NCBI RefSeq assembly: GCF_002571385.2
Contig: NW_019217844.1
Location: 38,322 to 102,321 of the forward strand
DNA from: Stylophora pistillata
Lineage: Eukaryota
Direction of reading: 5' to 3'
DNA length: 64,000 nucleotides
The notes below the pieces were generated by a model. It was not told where the DNA came from. It was given only the letters and a program-made list of their open reading frames with translations, and did no database searches. How positions within the stretch are numbered: the stretch's first letter is position 1; the number at the start of each line of letters is the position of its first letter. The position numbers were made by a program, and so were the translations under genes. Below, piece by piece: positions 1 to 12,200 of this stretch.

Positions 1-204
1 AGAATGTTTGGTTGCTGTTTTATTGTCATTGTTTGAAAACCCTAAGCTCGAACAGTCGGTGAGTTTTCATTTCAGTTGTTAATGTTGTAATTTCGTTTGT
101 TTTAAGCGTGTTTTCTGTTTGCAGAAAACCTCTCCTTTACTGGCGAGTCGAGTTTTCGACTCGGGCAAATGTTTCTGTGAAATAAACAACATTCTCTGTT
201 GTTA

Positions 205-600
205 CTCTTGTGGACAGGTACCCATACCCCTTTCTTCCAGTCAGATAACCATGTCCCGTGTTCAAAGCTAGTATTGAGAATCCTGGTTAGTGAAGGAGCC
301 AATTCCACAGCTACTAATTTTAAAATTCTGGGTTGCAAACCTTCATATCCAATTGCTTTGCGAGTATTAAGAATTTCAAGGGCACCCTTCACTTCATAAT
401 GATTTAGAGGTCTGAAACAAAAGGGATCATTTGATTCTGCCATATGTGAAGAAATGAGATGTAGACTGCTACGCTCAATAAAATGCTCCTCTGTTAAATC
501 ATCTGCCTGTTCACCTCCTATTCCTTTGGCCATGGATGAGAAATACTCAGAAAGATACTCTGCCACCACTAGCCTATCTTTTTCCAATGTACCATTAATA
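205..600 (-). mobile_element. Non-LTR retrotransposon (L2/CR1-like) ORF2 fragment upstream of the RT core
   Basis: ORF 102..704(-) contains FRPLNHYEVKGALEILNTRKAIGYEGLQPRILKLVAVELAPSLTRILNTSFEHGTWLSDWKKGVWVPVHK, the typical pre-RT segment of LINE ORF2 (K-A.G.D.+P..+LK...LA..L..+.N.S...G..P..WK.+.V.P+.K); truncated. Confidence 0.85.
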
Positions 601-730
601 GATAGATGTACCATTAATAGATAAATGCAAATGAATGTTGAATTTTGGCGCGAATCTTTGATGAGATATAAAGTCAACAGACCCATTTCCGTTTCGTGTA
701 GCAAAATAAGGGACCGTCGCTCAATACATA

Positions 731-878
731 TATGTTATTCACCAGTCGGGAGGTCCGTATTGGGAAAAACTGTGCCTGAGGTCTTGGACACCGCCCGAGG
801 CCGTAGGCCGAGGGCGGTACTCAAGACCGAGAGCACATTTCTTCCCAATACGGACCGACCTATGCTGATGAATAACAT
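731..878. mobile_element. Palindromic non-autonomous element (long hairpin, CCGTAGG apex)
   Basis: ATGTTATTCACCAG...CTGATGAATAACAT outer arms, nested TCCGTATTGGGAA/TTCCCAATACGGA arms, centre GGCCGTAGGCC at about 799-809. Confidence 0.75.
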
Positions 879-1934
879 TTTTATTTTTTTCTAACACATA
901 AAAAAAATGATTGCCAAAAGAACCCGAATGATTTAGGGCTACAATTACGAGTTTTAACTACGGGAAAATCCTCCTTGAACTTAACAGTTTGATAGTGAGT
1001 TATAAAGAAAACAAACACTATTCAAATTAAAGAGAAAGCTTTCGCCGAAACATTATTTGTAAAGGTAATTAAAAGGCTTGCGAGAAAATTTTGAAACATT
1101 TTTTGATAAATAACTGTCACAACGTGACACCTGTCAATTGAAGAGGAAAGAAGCATACGCTTTTGAATAAACAAAAGTACTGGTGTGACAAACACACAAG
1201 AGTTAAATGATCATGCGACGATTTTCTCGTAAAAAGAAAAACACTTAGAGATCTTACGGAAAGCATTTTTTATTTCCAACGACGATTAATCTTCGAAGAT
1301 TTACTTCTGTTCCGTTTTAAAATGTCACAGAAAGTCACATTGTAAGTGAATGCAAATATGTGTTTTGGAGTTGTCAGTCTGCTTGTTTGTTTTCTGTAAT
1401 GGCGTGTGTAAATCGGTTTTTCTTTCACCAAAAAGCTGAAGTTAACGAGACTCCTTCTACCTAGACACAAGGGGGATTTAATGCAACTTTTATTCATCGA
1501 ATTCCTGCGTTTCTGCTGTGAAATTTACGACGAAAGTGTATATTAGGATTTTGAACTGGTGCTGAATAAAATTCTTTCTTAGCCTAAACTTATAGAATCG
1601 TTTGTATCTGGCGCATGTCAAACCGTTTGTAGCCTAAAGGTCAAACAGGGATTGTCACCCACTAAGGCGTCGAAATGAATTGGCATAACATCAAATGGAC
1701 AAAATTTTTAAAATTGGCTTGCCATTAGTCTTGTGATCGCCTTCGTATGAAATTGTTTTTTTTGTTGTTGTTGTTAAATCCGTTACCGTTAAGTTTAATT
1801 CGATTTACAAACACGGAAAAACATAAAAAAAATTAGGTCCGCTTTTTACAAGTCCACGTTTTACTATTCTATGTTTTACTAGTCCTCGTTTTACTAGTCC
1901 AGTCCAGTCCAGTCCCGAAATATAATATGCATTT

Positions 1935-2297
1935 GCATTTGTGGAAGTGTTTTGTATTTGTGGAGGTGTTTTGTATTTGTGGAAGTGTTTTGTATTTGTG
2001 GAAGTGTTCTGTATTTGTGGAAGTGTTTTGTATTTGTGGAAGTGTTTTGTATTTGTGGACGTGTTTTGTATTTGTGCAAGTGTTTTGTATTTGTGCAAGT
2101 GTTTTGTGATTTGTGGAAGTGATTTGTGATTTGTGGAAGTGTTTTGGATTTGTGGAAGTGTTTTGTGATTTGTGCGAGTGTTTTGTGATTTTTGCAAGTG
2201 TTTTGTGATTTGTGCATGTGTTTTGTGATTTGTGGAAGCGTTTTGTGATTTCTGCAAGTGTTTTGTGATTTGTGTAAGTGTTTTGTATTTGTGCAAA
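1935..2297. repeat. Minisatellite, 20-21 bp unit (TTGTGGAAGTGTTTTGT[G]AT), about 18 copies, probably inside a DNA transposon
   Basis: Directly visible tandem array; explains the overlapping repetitive ORFs at 1805-2339. Confidence 0.9.
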
Positions 2298-2556
2298 TAT
2301 TTTGTCCCTATGAGCCACCGTAGAGTTTAGTCTCGTCACGCAACGCTCCTCCCCACAAACGGCTGCTCACATTCGAACATTCCTTTCCCTTTATCGTCTT
2401 TGCACCAATGAGATCACTGACATCGTTTTTTATGTGACTAATCAGAGCACAAGAGATTGTAATCAATATCGTTTTTCCCGCGTTTTAAAATTCTGCCTTT
2501 CATCGTAGTTTCTTGATGGAGGAAACGCCGAAGAAGGTTGTTAATCTAACACTTAC

Positions 2557-3934
2557 CACTGTCTTACAATATGCGCTTCATCGACAGCAATGGCACAGAG
2601 TTTTTCGGAATACACAGAGTTCGTCTTCATAAATCTCCAGCGTTCTTTCTTCAACCACGCTTCAGGGGATCCGTAAACTAAGGAATATTCGCCGCTTTCA
2701 ACACGAGTGCGTTCACCCTCCTCAAGTGAACTTATGTTAGCTGCTTTTAGCCCTAGCTCCTACAAAATGGGACACTTGGTCGTCTATAAGGCTTACCAAT
2801 AGGGAGCTTAAGCAATCACGACGAAAGGGACGACAACGACGTCAAGTAATCGTGCAGGGTCTGGAGCGAGGACGTCGTTTTTAGCGGGAAAATGAAACTT
2901 AGGCAGTGAAGTTGCTCAAGGACGACGACGTCTGAAATTTTTGTTTATTCTCGCTTCGTCAGTTTAAGAAATGACATCGTTCAGAGACCTCCAAAACCTT
3001 CTTCTCAGTCATGGATCAAATTTTCACCTATATCGGAAGTTCGAGAGTAGGTTATTCAATTCTTGAACATCAAAAGTTCAAGGAATTATTAAGCTTTAGC
3101 TTTATTTACAATAATTTACGCATGATAAAAGTTTAAAATATAAATTTTACGGAAGTTATTCGAGATTAAAATTCAGTTCTAAGTGTTGCTGGTATAAACA
3201 AACCTATTTTGCCCAAGGCTTGCCTGATTTTCAACGTGCTTTAGCCTGATATGTTCTACCTTTGTTTTGTTTGTTTTTTTTTTTTTCTGTTATTTCAGCC
3301 AAACGAATCACCCCTCTTGTCTGTGCGCGCCAAAGAAACTATAATTATCCAGCCTCCTTAAACCTAACGTGATCGCTTTCACCGCTTGACTTGACATCTG
3401 TTGTGCAGAGGAAGGAAAATGAGTTAGCGGGTCTTCGAATTTTATTTGTGTAGAAAACTGAACAGGGAGGTTTAAATCAACCGAAGAAGCGAATACAAAC
3501 TCCAACCGGCCATAGACTGGCAAAAAAACGACAATAAAGCCGCACCTTTTGATGAGAAAAACTGCTTTGAAGCTGAGAAGTTCACGACAACGTGAAACTG
3601 GTCCATCTCAAGTCGTCGAAGATAAGACGACGACGGAATTCTTGGTTCGCGCTTGCGCAGTGACGTTCTCGCTACTTCCGGTCGTCGTCGTGGTTCCTTG
3701 AGCTCCCTAATGGTGAGGCAACGACGACGATATGACCAGGCTCTTGTGAGGTAAGATCAAACACGAGTGGTAGTGCTTGACACAGGAGAGATTTCCCGAA
3801 ACCAGTAGGAAGATTGACAAATAAATCTCTCTTTCCCCAACTATTTTCCAAATTCCAGTTTTTTGCTGCGCATTTAAACTAGGAATTCGAAATTAATTAC
3901 TAACAACATCAAACGCTTCTTCAAAGGTCGCCAT
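2557..3934 (-). pseudogene. Decayed RecQ-type DEAH helicase exon, probable Academ (AcademH) transposon relic, interrupted by a MITE
   Basis: Minus-strand translation with frameshifts and stops: DLFVNLPTGFGKSLLCQALP...IVVVASP|LVSLIDDQV...YSLVYGSPEAW...CAIAVDEAHIVRQW, ending at a GTAAGT donor; a TAG-starting terminus-like sequence (TAGTCTCGTCACGCAACG) lies at about 2328. Confidence 0.8.
2801..3708. mobile_element. Non-autonomous TIR element (PIF/Harbinger-like) with 3-bp AAT target-site duplication
   Basis: AGGGAGCTTAAGCAATCACGACG...CGTCGTGGTTCCTTGAGCTCCCT; AAT on both sides; removing it restores the RecQ frame ASPLVSL. Confidence 0.85.
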
Positions 3935-4570
3935 TTTGAAAGCTTTGAATTCCAAGATGAAACAAACAATATGATTGGTTAGATGACTTTGGCGCGCAGA
4001 GTTCTCGACATATGTAAACCGAATGGATCAAAGCTTCGGAAGTTTGTCCACGGGGCGGAGTAGTTAACTGGAAATCACTCGGAAAAAGCTCTCTTAAGCG
4101 GAGATAGATAAGTTTGTACGAGTGACGAATTGTAACGTCTACTACGCCGGCGATGTAGCCGATTTCTACAAAGGAAACACAAACATAATCATGTCAGGTA
4201 ATCGCAATCATGTCAGTGCCAATACATCGTGTTGGACGACGCCAGAGAAGCTGCACTGATTTCGACAGGTTTGCCACTATCACTTTCTCTTAATGCGAAT
4301 GAATGGCCGACATCCGACATTGCATGTTAGAAGAACTTTCTATTAAATGTCACTTAACCGTGATTTGTAACTGATCTAGAAAACTCACACTACTCTCTTG
4401 ATCAACCACGCGCGAAACCTGGCCGACTTGGTCATTAGCGACATTTTCCCGCGCTTTTGCGGCTGGTTACGTGTATTTACTTTGAGTTCTGATTGGTTCC
4501 TTGTGATACGTTCTTTCCCCCTGATTGGCCTTTGATGTCAGTTTGATGTGTGACATCCAATTGACATCAA

Positions 4571-4711
4571 ATTAGCTCAATGGATAGAGCGCTGGACTGT
4601 TGTGCGGGAGGTCGAGGGTTCGAGCCATGGCCGGACCAACACTCAAGGTCTTAAAATAAATGAGGAGAATATGCTACCTTTCTATAACATCAAGAAATGG
4701 TTAGATATTCT
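4571..4711 (+). mobile_element. tRNA-derived SINE, 5' part
   Basis: A box TAGCTCAATGG and B box GGTTCGAGCC, followed by the same body as the copy at 5902-6154. Confidence 0.8.
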
Positions 4712-5901
4712 TTTATCGTTTACAAACTGATCACTTTACGTCTAATTTTCGCGTATTTGACTTTCAAATTTACATTCAACTTGGAAAATAGTACAAGAAA
4801 CACGTTTCCTTTTCGATAAAATTCGCATTTCCATTGTAAAATATCATCACAAAACACACATTCTTGTTTACTATTCCGTTGATCTTATTATTATGTGTTT
4901 GTTAAAGAATTTCGACTCTTTTCTAGATTGATCTTTATACTTAATTCTCACTATTTTTCCGCCTGAAATTATACCGGTTTTGGTAAGGAGAAATTTGATT
5001 CTGAGAAATAATATGATATGTGATGAAAGAAAATATTCATGTTTCCGTTATTTCGCGTCCTCTGCTTCTCTCTCTNNNNNNNNNNNNNNNNNNNNNNNNN
5101 NNNNNNNNNNNNNNNNNNNNNNNNNNNNNNNNNNNNNNNNNNNNNNNNNNNNNNNNNNNNNCCCACGCACGAGATTACTGTGTGATGGATGTCCTGCCCT
5201 GGGGTGGGATGGGTGGGTTTACTGGGCTCGCAGTAATTGGCGCAAGCTGTTGCGATGTCCCTGCCTGTCGGCGAATCTAATTAAAAAAAAAAATTAATAG
5301 CGTTGTATCCGTAAAGTAAATGTTACTCCTCAGCATTTAAGATACTTGAAGATGGCAGGTTAAACGACAAAAATAGTCCACTGATAATAAAAAGGTGGGA
5401 GGGTAAAATAACCCTCATTTCAAGTCAACAGGTGAATTGTGTGTGTTCAAGCTACGAGCTTGTGGGATCGCATAAAGAAACCACTCTTTAAATGTCGTAA
5501 ATAGCATAGGACACTGAACAAACAGAACGTCACCAAAGAATCCATCAATCCTTCATTGTTTCAATAACTATTTAAATTGCTTTTCGTGAATTTAAACAGT
5601 GAGTTATGCAATTTGCTATTGAACTGAAATATTTATCAACTGTGGATAACACTGTATAAAGGTTTAAACCATTTCAATCCGAAAAACGAAGAGATCTTCC
5701 TAAATGAAAAAGCGAAGATTTGCAAAAAAATCGCGAAAACGAAGATCGTGGGTACCCATTGAGAGGCTCAATAAATGTAAATAAAAATAATTGGTAAAAG
5801 AAAAAAGTAACGATGCCATAACCGTTTCAGAGTTTGCTAAAAAAAAAAGAGAAAATTAACGAATAAAACCTGGTTTTACCGTGCAGATCATATCGAGCTA
5901 A

Positions 5902-6154
5902 CCGCCTCCCGGTTAGCTCAAATGGACAGAGCGCTGGACTGTTGTGCGGGAGGTCGAGGGTTCGAGCCCCGGCCGGACCAACACTCAGGGTGTTAAAATA
6001 ATTGAGAAGAATTTGCTGCCTTTCTATAACATAAAGAAATGGTTAGATATTCTAGTCTTCTCGGTGGGATGGGTGGGTTTATTGGGTCCGCAGTAATTGG
6101 CGCGTGCTGTTGCGGTGTCCCTGCCGGACGGCGAAGCTAATAAACTGAACTAAA
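5902..6154 (+). mobile_element. tRNA-derived SINE, near full length (its 3' tail also occurs at about 5200-5285)
   Basis: TAGCTCAAATGG / GGTTCGAGCCC boxes, non-tRNA body, AAACTGAACTAAAC tail; absent from the functional TFIIB intron. Confidence 0.85.
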
Positions 6155-6599
6155 CATCACTTCTTACATAGTCATTCTCCGCAATCCACAAAGAAAAGAA
6201 AGACCATTGATTTCAATCTCTCACTCGACTAACCTTAACCTTCCAGCCCTACATCTAATTGGCTCGAACATTCATTTCCCATTACGATACTCTCTTCTGT
6301 CACTCGCAAAGACTTGTACCGCATAGTATATAATTCTGCACCAATAGATTACATTTTTTCCTACCAGCATCAATCTGTATCATAAACTAATGTTGAGTCA
6401 GTAGTACTGAAGAAAGTAAAAAACTTACCCGTGCACTAAATCTAAGTCAACCGCCCTCCATGCGATATGTGTAGCCGCCTTTTGTACGTCAGGTGGAAGA
6501 CCAAGATTGGAACAAAATCTTGACTAAAAAGGATCCATGACGAGAAAAGGTAATTTACTGTAGACTCGAGTCAGGAGGCCGCGTCGGTCGATCAAAAAA

Positions 6600-8215
6600 C
6601 ATACCAAACGTGTAGCTACAACCAGTAAAGTAGTTTCCAAAGCTGATTTAACCTCTGGCACACCTTAGAGTGTGGAATTCTTGCCAGACACGTGGTATAA
6701 ATGCGACACTGAAAAATTCAGCCTTGACGGTGTCGAGTTCATGGAAATGCCTTTTTCCGATGAAGCGTCAAGTCTCACCTCAATTTCAACAGAATCATTA
6801 CCCATACAAATGTGGTTTTCGCTATTGATTCGGATTCAAAGGTGAATTTCCATCAAATCGATCCCAATCATGCTATCAAGCGCAAAGTGAAGCTGAAGTG
6901 AAAGCTTTGGCTGACAAGATTGAGCATATTTCTAAGTCCTGGTAAGATGATGTCAGTGTGACAGAGTCACTTAGACTTATTTTCTGCTTAAAACATGTTT
7001 GTTCTTCTGTTTATTTTATTTTCTAGAATTTTAGCGATTTTTCAGAAATGTTAGTAATGTGTTGATGTATTATTCCAGTACCTACCCTTGTCCTGTTGTG
7101 TAACTCAGTAAACACCGATTTCCCTTAGTAATTCCTGTTTCGTTGACCGCTCCTGACCCAAATTTGGTTTAAAGTTATTTTTACCTTTTCCTGTATTTTA
7201 CTATAAGTTACAACCGATTGCTCGGTAAGTTCAGTTGATTTGTTGCCTTCCTGAGAGTGCCTTTAAAGCGGATTCCGAGCTATACTAGCTTTTGGTATGT
7301 TTCAGTATTTTATGTTTGTTTGAGCCCTAAGCTTAGCATGTAGTTGTTTCCATTTGTATTTTTGTAGTGATTTTCGGGTTAGAATCTGCTTAGTTTAGCC
7401 ACATATTCCTTTTACCTTACTACTGTATTTTAACTATTTACTCTGACCTTTGTCACTCAGCATGCAATTTCTCTGCTATATAAACTGTAATTGTTTTGGT
7501 ATTAGTAGCTGTAATATTTTGCTTACCTGCTTCCAATTCATTGTTGCTATGATTCCTGTGTTTTCAGTACCAAATTATGGGTTCATTACAATAGTAATTT
7601 CATTTTCCCCTTTCACTGTTTTATACTGTATTAGCTCAAGTTGTAATATTAAGCCTAGCTCGTAGTCTTTGTTGAATTCATGCCTCGTGTAGCAATCACT
7701 ATTTTTGATAGTTTCTGTTACACAATTTCCTGTTTTCAAGTACTTTGTTTGTTTCTTTTCTTTTACTGAATTGTTTCTGTCTGTAGGCTATCCATTAGTG
7801 TTAAGTACTTTCTCCTAATCCATTTTAATCTTGTTACATCATTTAGCTCATTGGAGCTTTGTTTTCTTATTTATTGTTTAGTGTCACTCGTTCCCGTTTT
7901 TTTGTACCGTTACATCTGCTGTGTAATAAACTTGTAAATCTTCCCTCGGATCTTTTGTTCTTACGTCGACCGTTTTGGCCGTCTTACATCAGGAAAGTTT
8001 CACACTGCATGTTACGTCCTTTCTGTTGACGAACTTGGTTCGTACTACCTACACCCCCATGGCAACAAAGCTAAACTGAAAATGTTAGACGACTTCCATC
8101 GATCAGAGACCAAAGGACTAGGTCATCTTAAACAAAGACGGATACTTGGTTGAATTTTTCTCGTTCAGTGCTACAGATAAGATCCGTTTATTTCTTTTAC
8201 CAAATTACCTCAAAG
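6600..8215 (+). pseudogene. Dead paralogue of exon 1 (trypsin-fold-like domain) of the death-domain gene, 5'-truncated and split by a solo LTR
   Basis: VATTSKVVSKADLTSGTP*SVEFLP...EKFSLDGVEFMEMP and KFHTACYVLSVDELGSYYLHPHGNKAKLKMLDDF align with 9228-9990; same AAG|GTATG donor at 8215. Confidence 0.9.
6957..7988 (+). mobile_element. Solo LTR (Ty3/Gypsy-like), 1032 bp
   Basis: TGT...ACA termini, TCAG 4-bp TSD (6953-6956 and 7989-7992), AATAAA about 60 bp from the 3' end; coding homology resumes on both sides. Confidence 0.85.
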
Positions 8216-9227
8216 GTATGCTATTTTTAAACCGCTATTTGAAATATTCCTTTTCTAGAATATTCCTTCAAATAAAATAATTGACGAGGTCTAGACGAAA
8301 ACCTTTCTCGGATAGACTGAACGAGGACAAATAAATCACTTTTTGGCACAGCAAACCTAATTTAATCGATAAATACAGGTTTCCAATGTTGCGAAATGCA
8401 CAACATTCAGATGTTTTCACAGAATTTCCACTGAAAGGTTCTTTCAAATTTCTCAGGAGTATCAGATGTTTGTTTAGAAATATCGAGCCATTCCAAACAA
8501 TATTATTGTTATTTGAATGGACAAAAACTACTCAAAGGATCGCTCGGTTGTCGACACTTAGAAATTCTACGGATTGGTCTCAAGTAGGCTAAATGCCCGG
8601 TAGTCAGAAATTCAATCCTGAGGGGAATATTCAAAGTTTGTTTGGAAATGCCAAGTGATTCTAGAAATTATTTTGTCTTTTGTGGAAGAAGAATTTTCCG
8701 AGCCTGTGTTTACCGTAAAATCGCTCGGTTTTCGACACTTCAAAGTTCTAGATGCCGTTTCCGACATCAGCAGGCTAAGAAAAATGTGTCCACTAAAAAA
8801 AAAACCCATAAAATTCTTTGAACAATCTCCTGGCATTTTTAAACACCGAATACACGCAAAGTTGTGTTGGAGCTTTTCTTTAGGAATTTGATATAAGGTT
8901 CTTAACGCCAGGCATGAAGTCTCCTTGAGACATGCCCGGAAGCCTGATTAGAACATGACCACAGAATTTCTAAATGTCTTTTCTTTTCTGTGGAATTACC
9001 TCAATGTCTCTCAACAATGATTACATGTAACATCAAAATAAATTCCCTCTCTTCCACAATTTCCATTCACGCCACTTATGACGTGTTGCTGTGGAAACAA
9101 GGTCGTCGGTAAATTAAATGCAAAAGTTTTAGCCCAACCCTCTAGCAGGAAATGATCCATCTCGTTCTAACGAATTTGTTGCGCCGCTGGTTTCCGCATT
9201 TCGCCAATCTCACTCTCCTTTTAAAGT

Positions 9228-12200
9228 ATGGCGGAAGGCAGGCAGGGAAGTGGAGATATTATCCTTTCCGTTGGCAAAATCCGAAAACTTGCCCACGGAA
9301 ACGTTTTCATGACAAATGGGAGTGGATGTATCGTAACATATCCTCAAATCCTAAGGGAAATTTCGTCCGACCAAAGTCAGACGGCAATATCGGACGAACA
9401 TGGCGACTACCAAACATTCGTTGCTACTACCAGTCAAGTTGTTTCTAAAGCTGATCTAACTTGTGACGTACCTTGGACTGCGGAGTTCTTGCCAAAGAAT
9501 CGCCTAAACCTCGGCAATGAAAAATTCAGCCTTGAATGCAGTTCATTTTTTGAAATGCCTATTCCCGGTCAAAAGTTGAGTCTCATCCTCTTTCCGATCG
9601 AAAAGTTGCATAAGCAAAAGAAGTTGTCACAATTTCAGAGCAATGACTTGCAACCTAATCGTGCTCAATTGTGTTATCAGGAGGAAAGTAAAGTGGTAGT
9701 GAAAGTGTCAGCTAACACCAAGCACGAGTTACTTTGTCATGTCCTTGTAGAAGATCCCCCGACAAAGAAGTTTAATCTTAATAGTTACGTCCTTTCTTTG
9801 GATGATTTTGGTTTATTCTTCCTTCACCCCTATGGCAACAAGGCCAAAATAAAAACTTTGGAAGACTTTCAGATGACAGAAAAACCAATGGGTTCGGTAA
9901 TAATAAAAGAAGACGGACGCGTCGTTGGATTTTTAGCTTTCGGTGACAGAGATCAGATCCTTCCACTCTTTTTCCCTCGATATCTTCAAGGTATGCCATG
10001 ATATAATAAATTTAAAATTCTTGTTGCTGTTCTTTCCATTGCCATGATTATTGGGGCCGTCAAAAAAGCCTCGATCAGGAGGAAAAATCGAAAACATGTA
10101 AGTCAGAAAAATTGCACCTGTAAACTAAGGAAATCAAACTATCCTCAATATAACTCGATTGAGGTATGTTGCACCAATAAGTGCAAGTGAACCGTTCGGT
10201 TTAGCAGTTGATGAATTCATGTGAATTTAACAGTAAAGTGTATATCGATGCTTCAGTTGGTGAAGATCGTTCATCCAGGTCACTTCGACCAGAGTTAACT
10301 CTGCTTCGACTGACACTCAATTTCCAAAGGGTGGTGTGGGATAAGGCTAACATGCATACTTCGATGAATTACATATCCTCCCATTCAATGCTCTGTTTGT
10401 TTGTTTGTACTAGTTTAGCAATGATGTGATATTGCAAAGACAGAATAGGTGCACGAATATCTAGCTATCGAGTTGCTCAGACGTTCACTAAGTGGAAGCA
10501 CGTTAAGTTGTAAAAACAACGTCTTGTCGTGATTTGTTCCTGTAAGTTAAAAGACATTGTAATTCTATAATTACAACCGTCTGATGCGTTTCTTTGTAGA
10601 TTACAGTGCACTATACCAAGCCGGATTGACCGAAGAAAGTCGTCCAAAGGAGAAGAATACTATTCGCGAAGGAGATCATAATCGAAACAAGAATGGTGGG
10701 AATCTCATGCTTCCATTTGACCAGAGCATAAGGGATAAAAACCCAGATTTGTATTTAGAAGAAAACGGTAAGAATCTGCACCGAGATTTTCGGGGGAAGG
10801 GATGCTTTACTGTTTTTTTTTGGTGCTTCAACAGAAAAAGCTCTAGCTGTAAGGTCGATTTAAATCAAGTTCACATGAGTCTCTCTGAGGTTTTGTTACT
10901 TGTTTGGTCAGGATTAACGTAAGTTTCTTTCATCCACTTTGGAAGGGCAGAAACCAGTCCAGCACTTCAGGAGACTTTAAATCTTAATTTTTTTTTGTCT
11001 TGTTAACACCGTTCTCCATTTTCTGCGGTAAATCTGTTGTAAGTCTATGATGCACCTAGTTCTACATAATCGTTTGTAATGGAAAGTTTGATTAATGACT
11101 CTGCATTTATGCTTTCTAATGACGTACCTAGGACAAATTCGTGGCAATGAACGTGAACCACTGGAGATGTCTTATCCTTCACACACCAGTGGTTCTTTAA
11201 ACCGCATGCGCCAGAGATCTCACAGTGAGCAACCAGAGATGACACCACGGACACAAACTAAGTTATACCAGAGCCAAAGCTTGACGGAAGTAATTCCTCT
11301 TAAAGAAGGTACTGAACAACCTTTAGATCAAGCTTCACACTTTTTCAACCTCGTAAAATTCCATGGTTAGCCTAACTTTTACAACAAGCTCCTGGATGCT
11401 TTCCACGAAAAATGAAAATTTGGTTGCATGAGGACGTGAAAAGTACCTTTCAATCTTGGTACTTCCTGCATTGTTGTATCAATAAAAAATCATTTTTGAA
11501 ATTTGGATATGACCTTCCAGGAACCAAACTCTTTCTCAGGAAATGTATAGAGGATCATTATGGAGAATATGCATACTGATGTTAGGGTGAAAAGAATGAC
11601 TGTTTGATGACATTAGTTTTTGCCTTTTAGATACAAAGGTTTCAATGCTGGACAGTAAAATCTCCTTGAAAGGAACAATCTGCCAATCTTTGGACACATC
11701 TATCAAAGGTGTTAAGAACTGGAAGTACTTGGCCGAGCTTAATAAGGTTCCCACAGACTTGTCACCAGAATACCGTTCTAAGTCAGAAGTGATGTTTGAA
11801 GTTGTAGCATCACAAAGTCCTCACCTCTCAATTAAAGAAGTGAAAAGCTACCTAAGTGACCTCAAAATAATGGAAGTATGGAAATACTTAGAAAACCTTG
11901 GTGGTAAGTACAACAGAAATACATACAGTCAAAAAATCAGATTTAAAAAAAACTTAATCACAGAATGAACAAATGTGCTTAAAACAAGGCATTGCAAAGA
12001 ACACAACTGTATTCTAATGTCCGGTGAATGCAAATGTGTGAGTGGAATATATGTCTATACATACAAATTCTAACTCTAATTGTATTTTAATAAAAAAAAT
12101 CAATAAACCTCTATAACAGTAGGATATGTCGAAAACCAATATCATAAATACCATATTCATGATTCAAACATAAGTGATTATTTTTTGGAAAAATTGTGAC

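Larger units (their letters stand above)
4026..6565 (-). pseudogene. Partial TFIIB duplicate A (last exon 4028-4165, exon-8 copy about 6429-6523, intron remnants; exon 9 lost)
   Basis: Colinear similarity to 38426-39630; indels in the exon copies; SINE insertions. Confidence 0.9.

Noticed and set aside
1805-2339. Several overlapping ORFs of up to 163 aa, and a superficially CRISPR-like array
   Set aside because: Product of a 20-21 bp minisatellite with no unique spacers; eukaryotic context, no cas genes
4571-5980. tRNA-like sequences at about 4571 and 5902
   Set aside because: No clean cloverleaf, and both continue into a shared non-tRNA body, so they are SINE heads
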